DNA of 64,000 nt from a virus, in the IMG/VR virus record IMGVR_UViG_3300003797_000002; one strand, given 5' to 3'. Position numbers and translations under genes: made by a program. A model generated the notes under the pieces. That model had not been told where the DNA came from and made no database searches. It saw only the letters and a list, made by a program, of their open reading frames with translations. Shown piece after piece: positions 43,821-53,061 of the stretch (positions are counted from its first letter, which is position 1; every line of letters begins with the position of its first letter).

Positions 43821-43889
43821 GCTGATGCTCCTTATAAGCGTTAGAGTCTGTGGATATTTCCAGTATCGTGACAGACATCAATACTTATA
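43821..43889 (-). promoter_or_regulatory. conserved homing-endonuclease leader
   Basis: Minus-strand TATAAGTA at 43882-89, hairpin GTCTGT(43846-51)/ACAGAC(43871-76), TCTAACGCT, GGAGCATCAGCATG. Confidence 0.55.
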
Positions 43890-43909
43890 TAAGTGATGTA
43901 ATCAGTTTT

Positions 43910-43917
43910 TATAAATA
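43910..43917 (+). promoter_or_regulatory. T4-type late promoter motif TATAAATA
   Basis: Exact motif 28 nt before ATG 43945; divergent from the minus-strand motif at 43882-89. Confidence 0.5.
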
Positions 43918-43944
43918 CAGAAAAGAATCCTGTAGGAGCGCCCG

Positions 43945-45570
43945 ATGCCAATCAATAAAGATACACCAACATCTGAAATCATTCATGACTTTGTGAAATC
44001 AAAGAATCCAAAGTTCGCGGGCAAGAGTAAGGCCGAGCGAGTGAAACAGGCTGTTGCTGCATCTTATAAGGTTCATGGTGAAAAAGTTGAAGAATCAAAC
44101 AACACACCATATGTGAGAAAGAGCAAGACAAATCCAAATGCTTGGGATGCAATGAACAAGCACGGTAAGGTAAAGACGTTTGGTGCAGAGTTTAAAGATT
44201 CTGCTATGCGTCATGCTGGCATTTCAGAAGATATTGAGCAGGTCGATGAAGAAAAGCCAAAGAAAGATTTCATGTCTTTATTTCCAGCCAGAACTGATGG
44301 TCCAGGAAAGTTTACAATCTCTGATATTGAAAATATCACAAAAGTGAAATCTTCTAAAAATAACATCAAGAAAGAAGAAACCGAACTAGACGAAGCACGT
44401 GGTCGACCAAAGAAGGATCTTGGCTACACTGTCAATCCTAACAACAAAGAAAAGTTGTATCATGACAATCCAGAGCATATGGATCGCATTCGCAGACTTC
44501 GCAAGAATGGTGTCCTACCGCCAGAGCAACATGCGCCATCAGAACACATCATCAACAGACTAAGACAAGCTTCTACCAATCAGACTGGTGGTCAAGACAT
44601 CAAGTATGAGAATGGTAAGACACATCACGTTTCAGGCTCTATGGCATCAAAGACATTAGATCACTATAATAGTCTACCAAAGCCTGCGGATAAAGAAGCA
44701 TTTCAAGCCAAGATTCGTAAATCACATGAAGAACACAAATCAGCACTAGGAGAACAAGTAATGTCCGAAGAAACAAAAGCGCCACTTTGGGGTGTAAGTT
44801 CATCAAACAAGTTCCGTACACTTGATGAAAAGTTGGATCCTACAAAATGGGGCATTAAAGGCGCACTAGCAGGCGGCGCACTAGGTGCAGTTGCTGGTGG
44901 TATGGCTGCGGCGCCGCATGTACATCATGATCCAATGGCCATCAAAGGCGGAGCAACTCTAGGTGCTGCTGGTGGCGCTGTTGCAGGTGGTACTGCTGGT
45001 ACTGCACTTGCTAAAGGCATCAACAAGATTGGTGAGATTGGCAATAAACTCAAAAAGAAAGTTACCGCCAAAGAAGAAGCCGAACTAGAAGAAAAGAAGC
45101 TAATCGGCAAGCAGAAGAAGCTTGACAAGAATCACAATGATAAGCTAGACGCTGAAGACTTCAAGATGCTTCGTAAAGAAGAGTTGATGGATCATTTCGC
45201 AGATGCACTTGAAGAAGGTATCTTTGACGAGTCAGATATTGATCGTCTAGTTGAAAATGAACTAGAAGAAATGGACAAATCTCCAGAAACCAAGTTTGAT
45301 CGTGCAGGACAAGATCGTGCTAAAGATAAAACAGCAACTCCAATCGGTGCAAAGAAGTTTGCCAAAGATGCCGAAGTTGCAATGAATAAGTCTTTCAGTA
45401 AAGAAGAAGCCATCCGCGAATCAGTAGTAACACCTTATACTGCTGCTTCGCGCTATCATGCTGTCGAATCTGCTGTTCGTGATATCATGTCACAAAATCA
45501 GAATCTAAAGAAGATCGCTGAAGAAGAAACATTTCGTAGAAACAATCCAGGTCTATTCAAGGATAAATAA
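43945..45570 (+). CDS. large charged protein with AT-hook and glycine-zipper segment
   Basis: EARGRPKKD AT-hook; GALAGGALGAVAGGMAAA..GGATLGAAGGAVAGGTAGTA segment. Confidence 0.5.
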   Translation: MPINKDTPTSEIIHDFVKSKNPKFAGKSKAERVKQAVAASYKVHGEKVEESNNTPYVRKSKTNPNAWDAMNKHGKVKTFGAEFKDSAMRHAGISEDIEQVDEEKPKKDFMSLFPARTDGPGKFTISDIENITKVKSSKNNIKKEETELDEARGRPKKDLGYTVNPNNKEKLYHDNPEHMDRIRRLRKNGVLPPEQHAPSEHIINRLRQASTNQTGGQDIKYENGKTHHVSGSMASKTLDHYNSLPKPADKEAFQAKIRKSHEEHKSALGEQVMSEETKAPLWGVSSSNKFRTLDEKLDPTKWGIKGALAGGALGAVAGGMAAAPHVHHDPMAIKGGATLGAAGGAVAGGTAGTALAKGINKIGEIGNKLKKKVTAKEEAELEEKKLIGKQKKLDKNHNDKLDAEDFKMLRKEELMDHFADALEEGIFDESDIDRLVENELEEMDKSPETKFDRAGQDRAKDKTATPIGAKKFAKDAEVAMNKSFSKEEAIRESVVTPYTAASRYHAVESAVRDIMSQNQNLKKIAEEETFRRNNPGLFKDK

Positions 45571-45771
45571 GTGCCTATTATAGCACATAATATTATTATC
45601 ACGAATAAGCAGGAAGCCGTACCTCAGATCAAACACCAAGAAGAGGTGCATCTGAAGGTATCGGCTCCTCCTGTTGTGAAAGTAACGGCTAATGTTGCTG
45701 TGGTGCAAATCCCAGACTTTGTTGAGAAGCCATCTGACTACGTTTCAAGCATGTTTCATTTGCATAAATAG
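45571..45771 (+). CDS. hypothetical protein
   Basis: GTG start abutting the upstream stop. Confidence 0.35.
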   Translation: MPIIAHNIIITNKQEAVPQIKHQEEVHLKVSAPPVVKVTANVAVVQIPDFVEKPSDYVSSMFHLHK

Positions 45772-45809
45772 ATAAATAATCAGAAAAAGAACTCGCAAGG
45801 AGAATACGA

Positions 45810-47852
45810 ATGTCTTTATGGAAATCAACAGATCAAGCTAACTCTGCACCAAAGTTTTATGGCATTACTGCAAAAGATAAAGCTTATGCACAGCAAGCTA
45901 ACGTCACTACAACTGGAACATTTACTCAAGGTAGTAATGTCATCACTTCAATGGCATCAACTGTAGGTGTTACAGTCAATCAGCTAGTCATTTCAAACAC
46001 TGTGCTGGCTAACCTATCATCTGGTGCTATCGTTACAGGTATCATCAACTCAACCGCAGTTCAAATGTCACAGACATTTTCAGGTACAACTGCTGCTAGT
46101 GCAAATATTACTTTTGAATATAACCACGTAACTGGTTATAACCTATACAACAACACTACACCAAATGCATTCCAGAACAATCAAGCACTTGGCGTATTCA
46201 ATATGTTGAATATTCCAAACTATGTTACTGTAACTGCAAACACCATTGCTGGCAATAACGTTCTAACCAACCCAACTCCAGCATTTGCAAATACACAGAC
46301 AGGCACCCTTTCACAGGGTAACGCGATCATGACCGGTCTAACATCGACCTCAAACATCGCTCCTGGTATGGCAATCTATGGTACTGCTGCTAATACGACT
46401 GGCGGTTCACCCGTTTGGTCAAATACTGGCGCATACGCTGCTGTTGCTAACGTAATCAACTCATCGGCTGTTCTACTAAGTGGCGTATCACCACTAACAA
46501 ACGCATCAGCAACATTCTTCTTCTCAAAGATTGCACCAGGTATGGTTGCTTCTGGTAATAACTTACCAACACTACCAACACTTTATGGTACAACTTCAAC
46601 AAACACCGCAACAATCACTGGCACCATTTCAAATGGTACAATCGGTTCAAATGGTAACATTCTAAACGTTACATCATTTACTGGTCCAGTTCTTTGCATT
46701 GGTCAAGAACTACTTGCTAACGCAACTCTCGGTATCGCAAACGGCACTTATGTTGTTTCATCAACTGCCACAAACGGTATCGGTAACTACGTTCTAAGCG
46801 GTAACTCAATCTCAAACGGCGCTTCTGGTGCTACTGTTACAATGTCAACTGTTCTTCCTAAGGTTGTTGCAGTCAACGCTACTACAGTTACACTATCATC
46901 AAACGCTTATGCGACTGGTTCTTCTACTGGCAACACTGTAAACTTCTCAACATATGAACAAACAGTATTTGGCCACAGCCAACATGCTGGTTGGACAGAA
47001 GTTCGTTACGGTTCAGGTCCAGTTGCTACATTCACTGTTAACTCAACTTCAACTTCAGGTTATGCTAACGGCGAAACAGTCATCGTATCTGGTGGTTCTG
47101 CTAATGCTCTCGGCATTATCACAACTAACGCTGGTGCTGCTGGTTCAGGCGCTAACATCGCTTCTGTTGCACTTGCTTATCCAGGTGCTGGTTTCACCAA
47201 CACTTCAGTTGCTTCACTAACCTATCAGCATCAGCTACACGTTGCTAACGTTACAGCAACCGGTACGCCTTCAGGCTATGTTGCTGGTGATATTGTTACT
47301 GTCACTGCTACTTTTGCTCTCGCATCATTCACTGGTGTTATTGCTAATGGTATCCTAACTGCATCATCAGTAACAGGTACGATCACAGTCGGCAATATCA
47401 TCACTGGTACAGGCGTTGCTACAGGTACACAGATCCTTGCACAGCTATCAGGTACTGCTGGTGGTGCTGGAACATATGTCGTAACTAAGAGTGTTAACGT
47501 TGCTAGTGCTTCTATGGCATCATCTGGTCAGATTGTTGCTGCTACTGCAAACCTAACATCAACTTCAGTTGCAAACTCAAACATCACGATCACAAACCCA
47601 GGATTGTTCACAAACGGTCTAACAACTGCTAACCTAGTATTCACTTACTCAAATTCGAGCGGTGGTACAGGTACAGGTACAGGCATTACGTTTGCTGGTT
47701 CATTTGGTGCAGCATCTTCAGGTGCACCAGTCAACGTGACACTTGGTGGTCGTTCTGGTCGTACATACGTTGAAACACTAGTTGCTCTAACTGGTACTTC
47801 ACCATATGTATCTGAAAACGCTGCTGATAATGGTACATTCCCTAACTCATAA
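45810..47852 (+). CDS. Thr/Ala/Gly/Ser/Asn/Val-rich structural (fibre or decoration-like) protein
   Basis: 680 aa with very few charged residues; AAGGAG SD; ATAAATA motifs at 45764-70 and 45772-78. Confidence 0.5.
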   Translation: MSLWKSTDQANSAPKFYGITAKDKAYAQQANVTTTGTFTQGSNVITSMASTVGVTVNQLVISNTVLANLSSGAIVTGIINSTAVQMSQTFSGTTAASANITFEYNHVTGYNLYNNTTPNAFQNNQALGVFNMLNIPNYVTVTANTIAGNNVLTNPTPAFANTQTGTLSQGNAIMTGLTSTSNIAPGMAIYGTAANTTGGSPVWSNTGAYAAVANVINSSAVLLSGVSPLTNASATFFFSKIAPGMVASGNNLPTLPTLYGTTSTNTATITGTISNGTIGSNGNILNVTSFTGPVLCIGQELLANATLGIANGTYVVSSTATNGIGNYVLSGNSISNGASGATVTMSTVLPKVVAVNATTVTLSSNAYATGSSTGNTVNFSTYEQTVFGHSQHAGWTEVRYGSGPVATFTVNSTSTSGYANGETVIVSGGSANALGIITTNAGAAGSGANIASVALAYPGAGFTNTSVASLTYQHQLHVANVTATGTPSGYVAGDIVTVTATFALASFTGVIANGILTASSVTGTITVGNIITGTGVATGTQILAQLSGTAGGAGTYVVTKSVNVASASMASSGQIVAATANLTSTSVANSNITITNPGLFTNGLTTANLVFTYSNSSGGTGTGTGITFAGSFGAASSGAPVNVTLGGRSGRTYVETLVALTGTSPYVSENAADNGTFPNS

Positions 47853-47888
47853 GTAATAGTATAACAACAACACACTAGGGTTTTGAAT

Positions 47889-48797
47889 ATGTCAAATGGT
47901 CCGATTAAGATTACACAACTACCTGTTGCAACGACAACAAATCCTACACAGGACTTGATGATCATTGTACAGAATACTGCCGGTACCAATACGACATATT
48001 CTATTACTCCTAGTGTGTTGTTAGCACAAACTGCTTTCTATACTGCAAACAACGCAAACTATCTAGGTGGAGTTGCTGCTGCTTCTTATCAGCTAAACTC
48101 CACCCTTGGTGCAAATATCGCATCATATCTACCAACATATGCTGGCGTAGTCAATGCATCCTCTTATACTGTTGGTTCTTTCTTCTTAGCAAACTCAACC
48201 GCAACTTACATTGGCAACACTTCTGCAAACGTACAGATCGGTGGGCTAAACGTTGCTGGTACACCATCCTCACTTGCTGGTTTTGGTAGTTCTAATAGTT
48301 CTGTTGATATCGTCATCAACAATGCCAACAATGGTGTCAATGCATCATCCGACTTTGCTGCTTATGATAATAACGGTCTAGTTGGTAACAACTTTATTGA
48401 CATGGGTATCAGTTCTTCTGGTTATTCAAATACATTTTGGACTATCAATGGTCCATCTGATGGATATCTATATACAGGCAATACAAATCTTTCAATCGGT
48501 ACAGCATCTTATGGTGGTGGCACAAACTACATCAACTTCTTTACTGGTGGTACTCTAGCCGCCAATGAACGTATGCGTATCACATCGACGGGTAAAGTTG
48601 CCATTGGAACAACAACACCAGGCACAAGCACTATTCTTGATGTGCAATCAACCACTGCTGGCGTTCGCTTCCCAAATATGACAACAACACAAAAGACTGC
48701 ACTAACACCTGCTGCGGGTACTATTGTTTTTGATACAACATTATCAAAACTATGTCTGTATACTGGAGCAGCTTGGCAAACGATTACCTCGGCTTAA
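47889..48797 (+). CDS. tail-fibre-like protein
   Basis: Gly/Asn/Ser/Thr-rich. C-terminal FPNMTTTQKTALTPAAGTIVFDTTLSKLCLYTGAAWQTI motif, common at fibre C-termini. Confidence 0.55.
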   Translation: MSNGPIKITQLPVATTTNPTQDLMIIVQNTAGTNTTYSITPSVLLAQTAFYTANNANYLGGVAAASYQLNSTLGANIASYLPTYAGVVNASSYTVGSFFLANSTATYIGNTSANVQIGGLNVAGTPSSLAGFGSSNSSVDIVINNANNGVNASSDFAAYDNNGLVGNNFIDMGISSSGYSNTFWTINGPSDGYLYTGNTNLSIGTASYGGGTNYINFFTGGTLAANERMRITSTGKVAIGTTTPGTSTILDVQSTTAGVRFPNMTTTQKTALTPAAGTIVFDTTLSKLCLYTGAAWQTITSA

Positions 48798-48809
48798 TGA
48801 TTTTTTATA

Positions 48810-49202
48810 ATGCATGAAAAACTTGATGAAACAAACTTTTTATTATATTCAGCTAAACATTATGAAAATGCACAATGTTATGACACTGTGGAGTTTTATG
48901 ATGACTTGAAGAGATTCAAGTATCTGAAAAGACTATTCAACATCTATTCTGAAAATGGTGATTTGAGGGAGCGGCTGATACTGAATCATATTATCGTCAT
49001 CTATAATGTGTTCGGTTTAGTACCAGCCACTCGTATGTTGTTCTTCAAGTTATACGAATACAAAGAAATGTTGAAGCCCTTCCTTGAACTTCTAAACTAT
49101 ATGCCAGATCATGTTGTGAATATCGGGCTACAAGGTATAAACATTAAAAACACAGACATTGAGTCTGATATATACATCAAGAAGAGGCTAGAGTCAATAT
49201 GA
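48810..49202 (+). CDS. hypothetical protein
   Basis: ORF only. Confidence 0.5.
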   Translation: MHEKLDETNFLLYSAKHYENAQCYDTVEFYDDLKRFKYLKRLFNIYSENGDLRERLILNHIIVIYNVFGLVPATRMLFFKLYEYKEMLKPFLELLNYMPDHVVNIGLQGINIKNTDIESDIYIKKRLESI

Positions 49203-49483
49203 AAAGCTTAAGAGAACTTCAAGAAGAAGTCAAAAAGAAGCCATGCAAAGCATGTCAAGAAATGAAGTGTGGTTGCAGTAAAGAAGTCAAGGAAGATGTT
49301 GAGTACCAAATGGCTCGTACAGAACTTGAAACAGCAAAGCGCGCTTGTGAAAATCTATTGAAGATGCTCAAAGGCGAAGGTGATCTTCCTGCTTGGGTAC
49401 AAACAAAGATTGCTAAAGGCTCTGGCATGTTAGACGCTGCTGCTGACTATATGATGTCAGGCAAAGAAACAGGCGACGAATAA
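49199..49483 (+). CDS. hypothetical protein
   Basis: ATGA overlap junction. Confidence 0.5.
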   Translation: MKSLRELQEEVKKKPCKACQEMKCGCSKEVKEDVEYQMARTELETAKRACENLLKMLKGEGDLPAWVQTKIAKGSGMLDAAADYMMSGKETGDE

Positions 49484-49866
49484 TGGAAAGCTTTGCTTCT
49501 TTTTGTGAAATGAAAGATGATCCTTGCTGGAAGGGTTATCAGATGGTGGGCAAAAAGAAAAAGAATGGCAAAGAAGTTCCTAACTGTGTCCCCGTCAAGG
49601 AAGATGTTCTTGTAGAGCGCGGCGCAGACTCTAAGGGATACTATCGCTCTACCGAATCTGGTGCTGGATTGACAGCAAAGGGCGCTAAACATTTTGGCAT
49701 TCATACTGCTGTTACAAAGAAGCCTAGCGAACTCAATCCAGAAGGTAAAGCAGCCAAGCGCAGAAAATCATTTTGTGCTAGAATGAAGGGCAATCCAGGT
49801 CCTATGAAAGACGACAAGGGGCGCCCAACACGCAAAGCAATGTCTCTAAGAAGGTGGCACTGCTAA
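49483..49866 (+). CDS. hypothetical basic protein
   Basis: DPCWKGYQMVGKKKKNGKEVPNCVP motif seen in many small phage proteins. Confidence 0.5.
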   Translation: MESFASFCEMKDDPCWKGYQMVGKKKKNGKEVPNCVPVKEDVLVERGADSKGYYRSTESGAGLTAKGAKHFGIHTAVTKKPSELNPEGKAAKRRKSFCARMKGNPGPMKDDKGRPTRKAMSLRRWHC

Positions 49867-50117
49867 TGAAAAAGTTTAGAGATTTCAGAAGCGATCTAAA
49901 CGAGACTTCTGGTGCGGCACCAGCGGTGGTGGACGCAGGTCTTGCTAGTGTGATAGATCCCAACACAGGAAAGCCAGCATCGCCTCCAGTGTACAGGAAA
50001 AAGCAAAAAACCTACCAAGAAAAAGAAGCTGATCGCCAGAAAGAATACGCTAAAGGTCCATCACAGATGCAAAGACGTGTAATGGGTGGCGTAAATATGG
50101 GCGGATTCGGTGCTTAA
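49866..50117 (+). CDS. hypothetical protein
   Basis: TAATG junction. Confidence 0.45.
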   Translation: MKKFRDFRSDLNETSGAAPAVVDAGLASVIDPNTGKPASPPVYRKKQKTYQEKEADRQKEYAKGPSQMQRRVMGGVNMGGFGA

Positions 50118-50517
50118 CTTTGTGTCAAATCTTTGGAGTACAGTTAAGGGATTTTCACCTTCTGGTATTCTTACGTCTTTGGCCCCATATGGCATTGCAC
50201 TATTGATTGGTGTACTTGGATACAACTATGTTTATGATAAAGGTTACAATGCAGCTAAGTCACAATGCAATGCTGCTGTGATCCAATCGACGGTAGATGC
50301 TCAAACGATACAAATAAATAACTTGAAGAAACAACTTTCAGACGAACAAACTGCTTTAGCGGCCGCACAGACCAAGAAGCAGATTATCGTTCAAAAAGTT
50401 ATACAGGCAAAACAGGTGATCGACCATGAAGTACAAGACATTCCTAGCTGCGATGTTGATGCTACCGTTATCGGCGTGCTTAACGGCGCCCGCACGACCA
50501 CCAGTAATAGTAACTAA
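50110..50517 (+). CDS. i-spanin (Rz-like)
   Basis: N-terminal TM (LAPYGIALLIGVLGY), then a coiled-coil region; contains the start of a lipoprotein ORF in another frame. Confidence 0.55.
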   Translation: MLNFVSNLWSTVKGFSPSGILTSLAPYGIALLIGVLGYNYVYDKGYNAAKSQCNAAVIQSTVDAQTIQINNLKKQLSDEQTALAAAQTKKQIIVQKVIQAKQVIDHEVQDIPSCDVDATVIGVLNGARTTTSNSN

Positions 50518-50695
50518 TCCTTGCAATCCACCTGTTGCTTTCACAGCAAAACACGGTGACTTGCCAAAGGTAACACAAACAAAGTTAACAGAAAAACAAG
50601 TGATCGATTTGTGGTTAGATGATATCCAAGCATATAATGACCTTAATGTTGATCATTCGTCATTGATAGACTGGGTTCAGACTCACTGCAAATAA
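50426..50695 (+). CDS. o-spanin (Rz1-like lipoprotein)
   Basis: Signal + lipobox MLMLPLSAC; Pro-rich mature part; overlaps the 3' end of the i-spanin gene. Confidence 0.7.
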   Translation: MKYKTFLAAMLMLPLSACLTAPARPPVIVTNPCNPPVAFTAKHGDLPKVTQTKLTEKQVIDLWLDDIQAYNDLNVDHSSLIDWVQTHCK

Positions 50696-50705
50696 GAGGA
50701 ATACA

Positions 50706-51056
50706 ATGTCAGACTTAGAAACTAAAGTTGCCATACTAGAACGTGATGTGTCGCAAGTGTCAAGCTATTGCGATAAGATCGATGTTACTATGGAAAAACT
50801 CACAGATATTTCTATTTCATTAAAAGAAATGCTTGCTGTACATGAACATAAACTTGGTCAACATGCACTAGCAGACGAAGACCTTTATTCTCTTCACCAA
50901 GAAACCAACAAACGAATCGATACTCTGCATTCTGAGTTAAACGGAATCAAGACCAAGCAAGACCTACACAAGTGGTACTTTACTGCCACAGGCGTTATAG
51001 CTTGCTTTATTCTTTTCAAAATGGGACTCATTCCATTTATGGCACCTTTTCTCTAA
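50706..51056 (+). CDS. coiled-coil protein with C-terminal TM anchor
   Basis: WYFTATGVIACFILFKMGLIPFMAPFL tail. Confidence 0.5.
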   Translation: MSDLETKVAILERDVSQVSSYCDKIDVTMEKLTDISISLKEMLAVHEHKLGQHALADEDLYSLHQETNKRIDTLHSELNGIKTKQDLHKWYFTATGVIACFILFKMGLIPFMAPFL

Positions 51057-51063
51057 AAAACCC

Positions 51064-51111
51064 TTGACATTGGTCTACGGTTGGCGTATTATACAACTGT
51101 AGATTCAGATG
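51064..51111 (+). promoter_or_regulatory. early promoter
   Basis: TTGACA 51064-69, 17 nt, TATTAT 51087-92, ..CTGTAGATTCAG, ATG 51109. Confidence 0.6.
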
Positions 51112-52146
51112 TATAGGATGAATATGAGTGACTTGTACCTAGATGTTATGTATTGTAATCTTCTATCCAACAGGCTAGAACGATTCAAAGTAAAGAAGTC
51201 ATCGCCATACGTATCTAACTTTAGATGCCCATTCTGTGGTGATTCGCAGAAGAACAAATACAAAGCCCGTGCATATCTGTTTCAGCACAAGGGCAAGACA
51301 TACTTCAAGTGTTACAACTGTGGTCTTGCCCATGGCTTCTCCAACTTTCTAAAGCAAATCGATACTACTCTACACCAAGAGTATGTCGTAGAGAAGTTCA
51401 AAGACAGCGCGAAGATGCGCCCTAAAGAACCACCAAAACAAGATATCGCTAGGTTTACACCACCAGCTTTTCTAAAGTCTGGTTCACCTCTACGTAAGTT
51501 GAAGAAGATATCTCAACTGACATACGATCATCCTGCTAAGAAGTATATACTCTCTAGGAAGATCGAAAACAAACATCATGCAAAGTTGTTCTACTGCACC
51601 AAGTTTGCGGAGTGGACTAACAGCATGATTCCAGATAAGCTGGATACGAAACAAGATGAGCCTAGACTGATCATTCCGTTTCTTGATGAAGACGGAAACA
51701 TGTTTGGCTATCAGGGTAGAAGTTTTAATCCAAAGTCAAATCTACGCTATATAACTATCATGCTGGATGACAGGCCAAAAATCTTTGGTCTTGACACTGT
51801 TGATAAAAACAAAAGGGTATACTGCTTTGAAGGACCACTCGACTCACTTTTTGTGGCAAATAGTCTTGCTATGGGCGGTGCTGATGTTACTCTGGATCAA
51901 TCCTTTGTGGACGTTGTTTACGTTCTTGATAATGAGCCTCGCAATAAAGAAATCGTAAAACGTCTTGACAAAATGATCGATAAGGGTTATAGTGTAATGA
52001 TATGGGACGATACGTTCAAGGGCAAAGATATCAATGACATGATTCTGAATGGAGCAGATGTTGAACATATCACAATCGTCCTAGAGAAGCGAACATTTAG
52101 CGGTCTAGAGGCTCGTGTTGAACTTATGAAATGGAAGAAAGTATGA
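51109..52146 (+). CDS. 61: DNA primase (T4 gp61 family)
   Basis: Zn finger FRCPFCGDS..CYNC, EPRLIIPF, YQGR, YITI, EGPLDSLF, VLDNEPRN collinear with T4 gp61. Start may be ATG 51124. Confidence 0.88.
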   Translation: MYRMNMSDLYLDVMYCNLLSNRLERFKVKKSSPYVSNFRCPFCGDSQKNKYKARAYLFQHKGKTYFKCYNCGLAHGFSNFLKQIDTTLHQEYVVEKFKDSAKMRPKEPPKQDIARFTPPAFLKSGSPLRKLKKISQLTYDHPAKKYILSRKIENKHHAKLFYCTKFAEWTNSMIPDKLDTKQDEPRLIIPFLDEDGNMFGYQGRSFNPKSNLRYITIMLDDRPKIFGLDTVDKNKRVYCFEGPLDSLFVANSLAMGGADVTLDQSFVDVVYVLDNEPRNKEIVKRLDKMIDKGYSVMIWDDTFKGKDINDMILNGADVEHITIVLEKRTFSGLEARVELMKWKKV

Positions 52147-52292
52147 GTGTGTATCCAGGACTTTACAATGACGGTAAAGTCATAGTTGATGATAATGGTC
52201 GCATTTCGTTCGCAAGCATGGAAGCAGTAGTAGAATACTACTCATTGCCTGATGCATATTACAAGAACATTATGGAGGATGATAAGGAATGA
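52143..52292 (+). CDS. small hypothetical protein (49 aa)
   Basis: ATGA overlap with the primase stop. Confidence 0.35.
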   Translation: MSVYPGLYNDGKVIVDDNGRISFASMEAVVEYYSLPDAYYKNIMEDDKE

Positions 52293-52414
52293 CTATTACT
52301 ATTCCTATTTGGTTGATGTGGCTTATTGGTGTTCCTCTCGGAATGATTGGGGGTTTTTTTACAGTGTTTGGCGCTATTATGATGTATGCTTTAAAGGATG
52401 GGATTTATAAATGA
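52289..52414 (+). CDS. small membrane peptide (41 aa)
   Basis: ATGA overlap; MTITIPIWLMWLIGVPLGMIGGFF.. Confidence 0.35.
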   Translation: MTITIPIWLMWLIGVPLGMIGGFFTVFGAIMMYALKDGIYK

Positions 52415-52539
52415 GCAGCGTTAATCTTGTAGGCATTACTCAGCCTGATTATGAGTATACTGGTTGTACAGATGCATCCGAACTAGTTCGAGTCGTTCAG
52501 GAAGAAAATAATGAATGGGATTGGGTTTCAAATGACTGA
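52411..52539 (+). pseudogene. thyX 5' remnant fused to unrelated tail (42-aa ORF)
   Basis: MSSVNLVGITQPDYEYTGCTDASELV versus intact ThyX MSTVNLIGITQPDYEYTGCIDAQELV; most nucleotide differences are synonymous. Confidence 0.6.
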
Positions 52540-52711
52540 TTCTACTGCTTTAGATGAAGCAATTGAAGGTATAGCAGATTCCTATTGGCGCATTATGCAC
52601 ATAGCTGTAGCTGCCAGAGATGTTGATACCATATTTGACACTGCTATCTCTTTGAAGGCTATTGAAGAAACTAGGATCAATATGAAGAAAAGGATTGAAA
52701 GTGGTGTTTGA
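52511..52711 (+). CDS. hypothetical protein
   Basis: ORF only. Confidence 0.4.
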   Translation: MNGIGFQMTDSTALDEAIEGIADSYWRIMHIAVAARDVDTIFDTAISLKAIEETRINMKKRIESGV

Positions 52712-52877
52712 ATATAATATCAAGACCGTGTTCAGCCAAACGATGACCACGAAAGAATTGAATGTGTTTGGTTTGGAGGGATGGGAACTTGTGCTGATAC
52801 TACCTGATAATCGTCACATTCCCGCTGCTAATCATTATCATTTTAAGCGACAGATTCACGGTGTTACAAATGACTGA
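52695..52877 (+). CDS. hypothetical protein (DUF4177-like)
   Basis: ELNVFGLEGWELVLI pattern; non-ATG start. Confidence 0.4.
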   Translation: MKVVFEYNIKTVFSQTMTTKELNVFGLEGWELVLILPDNRHIPAANHYHFKRQIHGVTND

Positions 52878-53061
52878 AATAGTTCCAAAAACATCTAAGC
52901 ATTCTTTCTGGGATCGTGGTAAAGAATACCAGTACACAAAGGTTACTTTTTCCGAATCGACACCAACAAGTGATGCATATGCAGAATCATTAGCCAAGAG
53001 TTTGGTAGTTGAAACTTATGAGATCCATAGTGGTCCAAATCTATTGAAGGATAAAGAATGA
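52870..53061 (+). CDS. hypothetical protein
   Basis: ATGACTGA overlap junction. Confidence 0.4.
   Translation: MTEIVPKTSKHSFWDRGKEYQYTKVTFSESTPTSDAYAESLAKSLVVETYEIHSGPNLLKDKE

Noticed and set aside
45763-45778. Tandem CATAAATA / GATAAATA upstream of the 680-aa structural gene, and CATAAATA at 36318-36325, as late promoters
   Set aside because: The first T of the TATAAATA consensus is missing. They are plausible weak late promoters, but sequence alone cannot support the call, so I did not list them as features.
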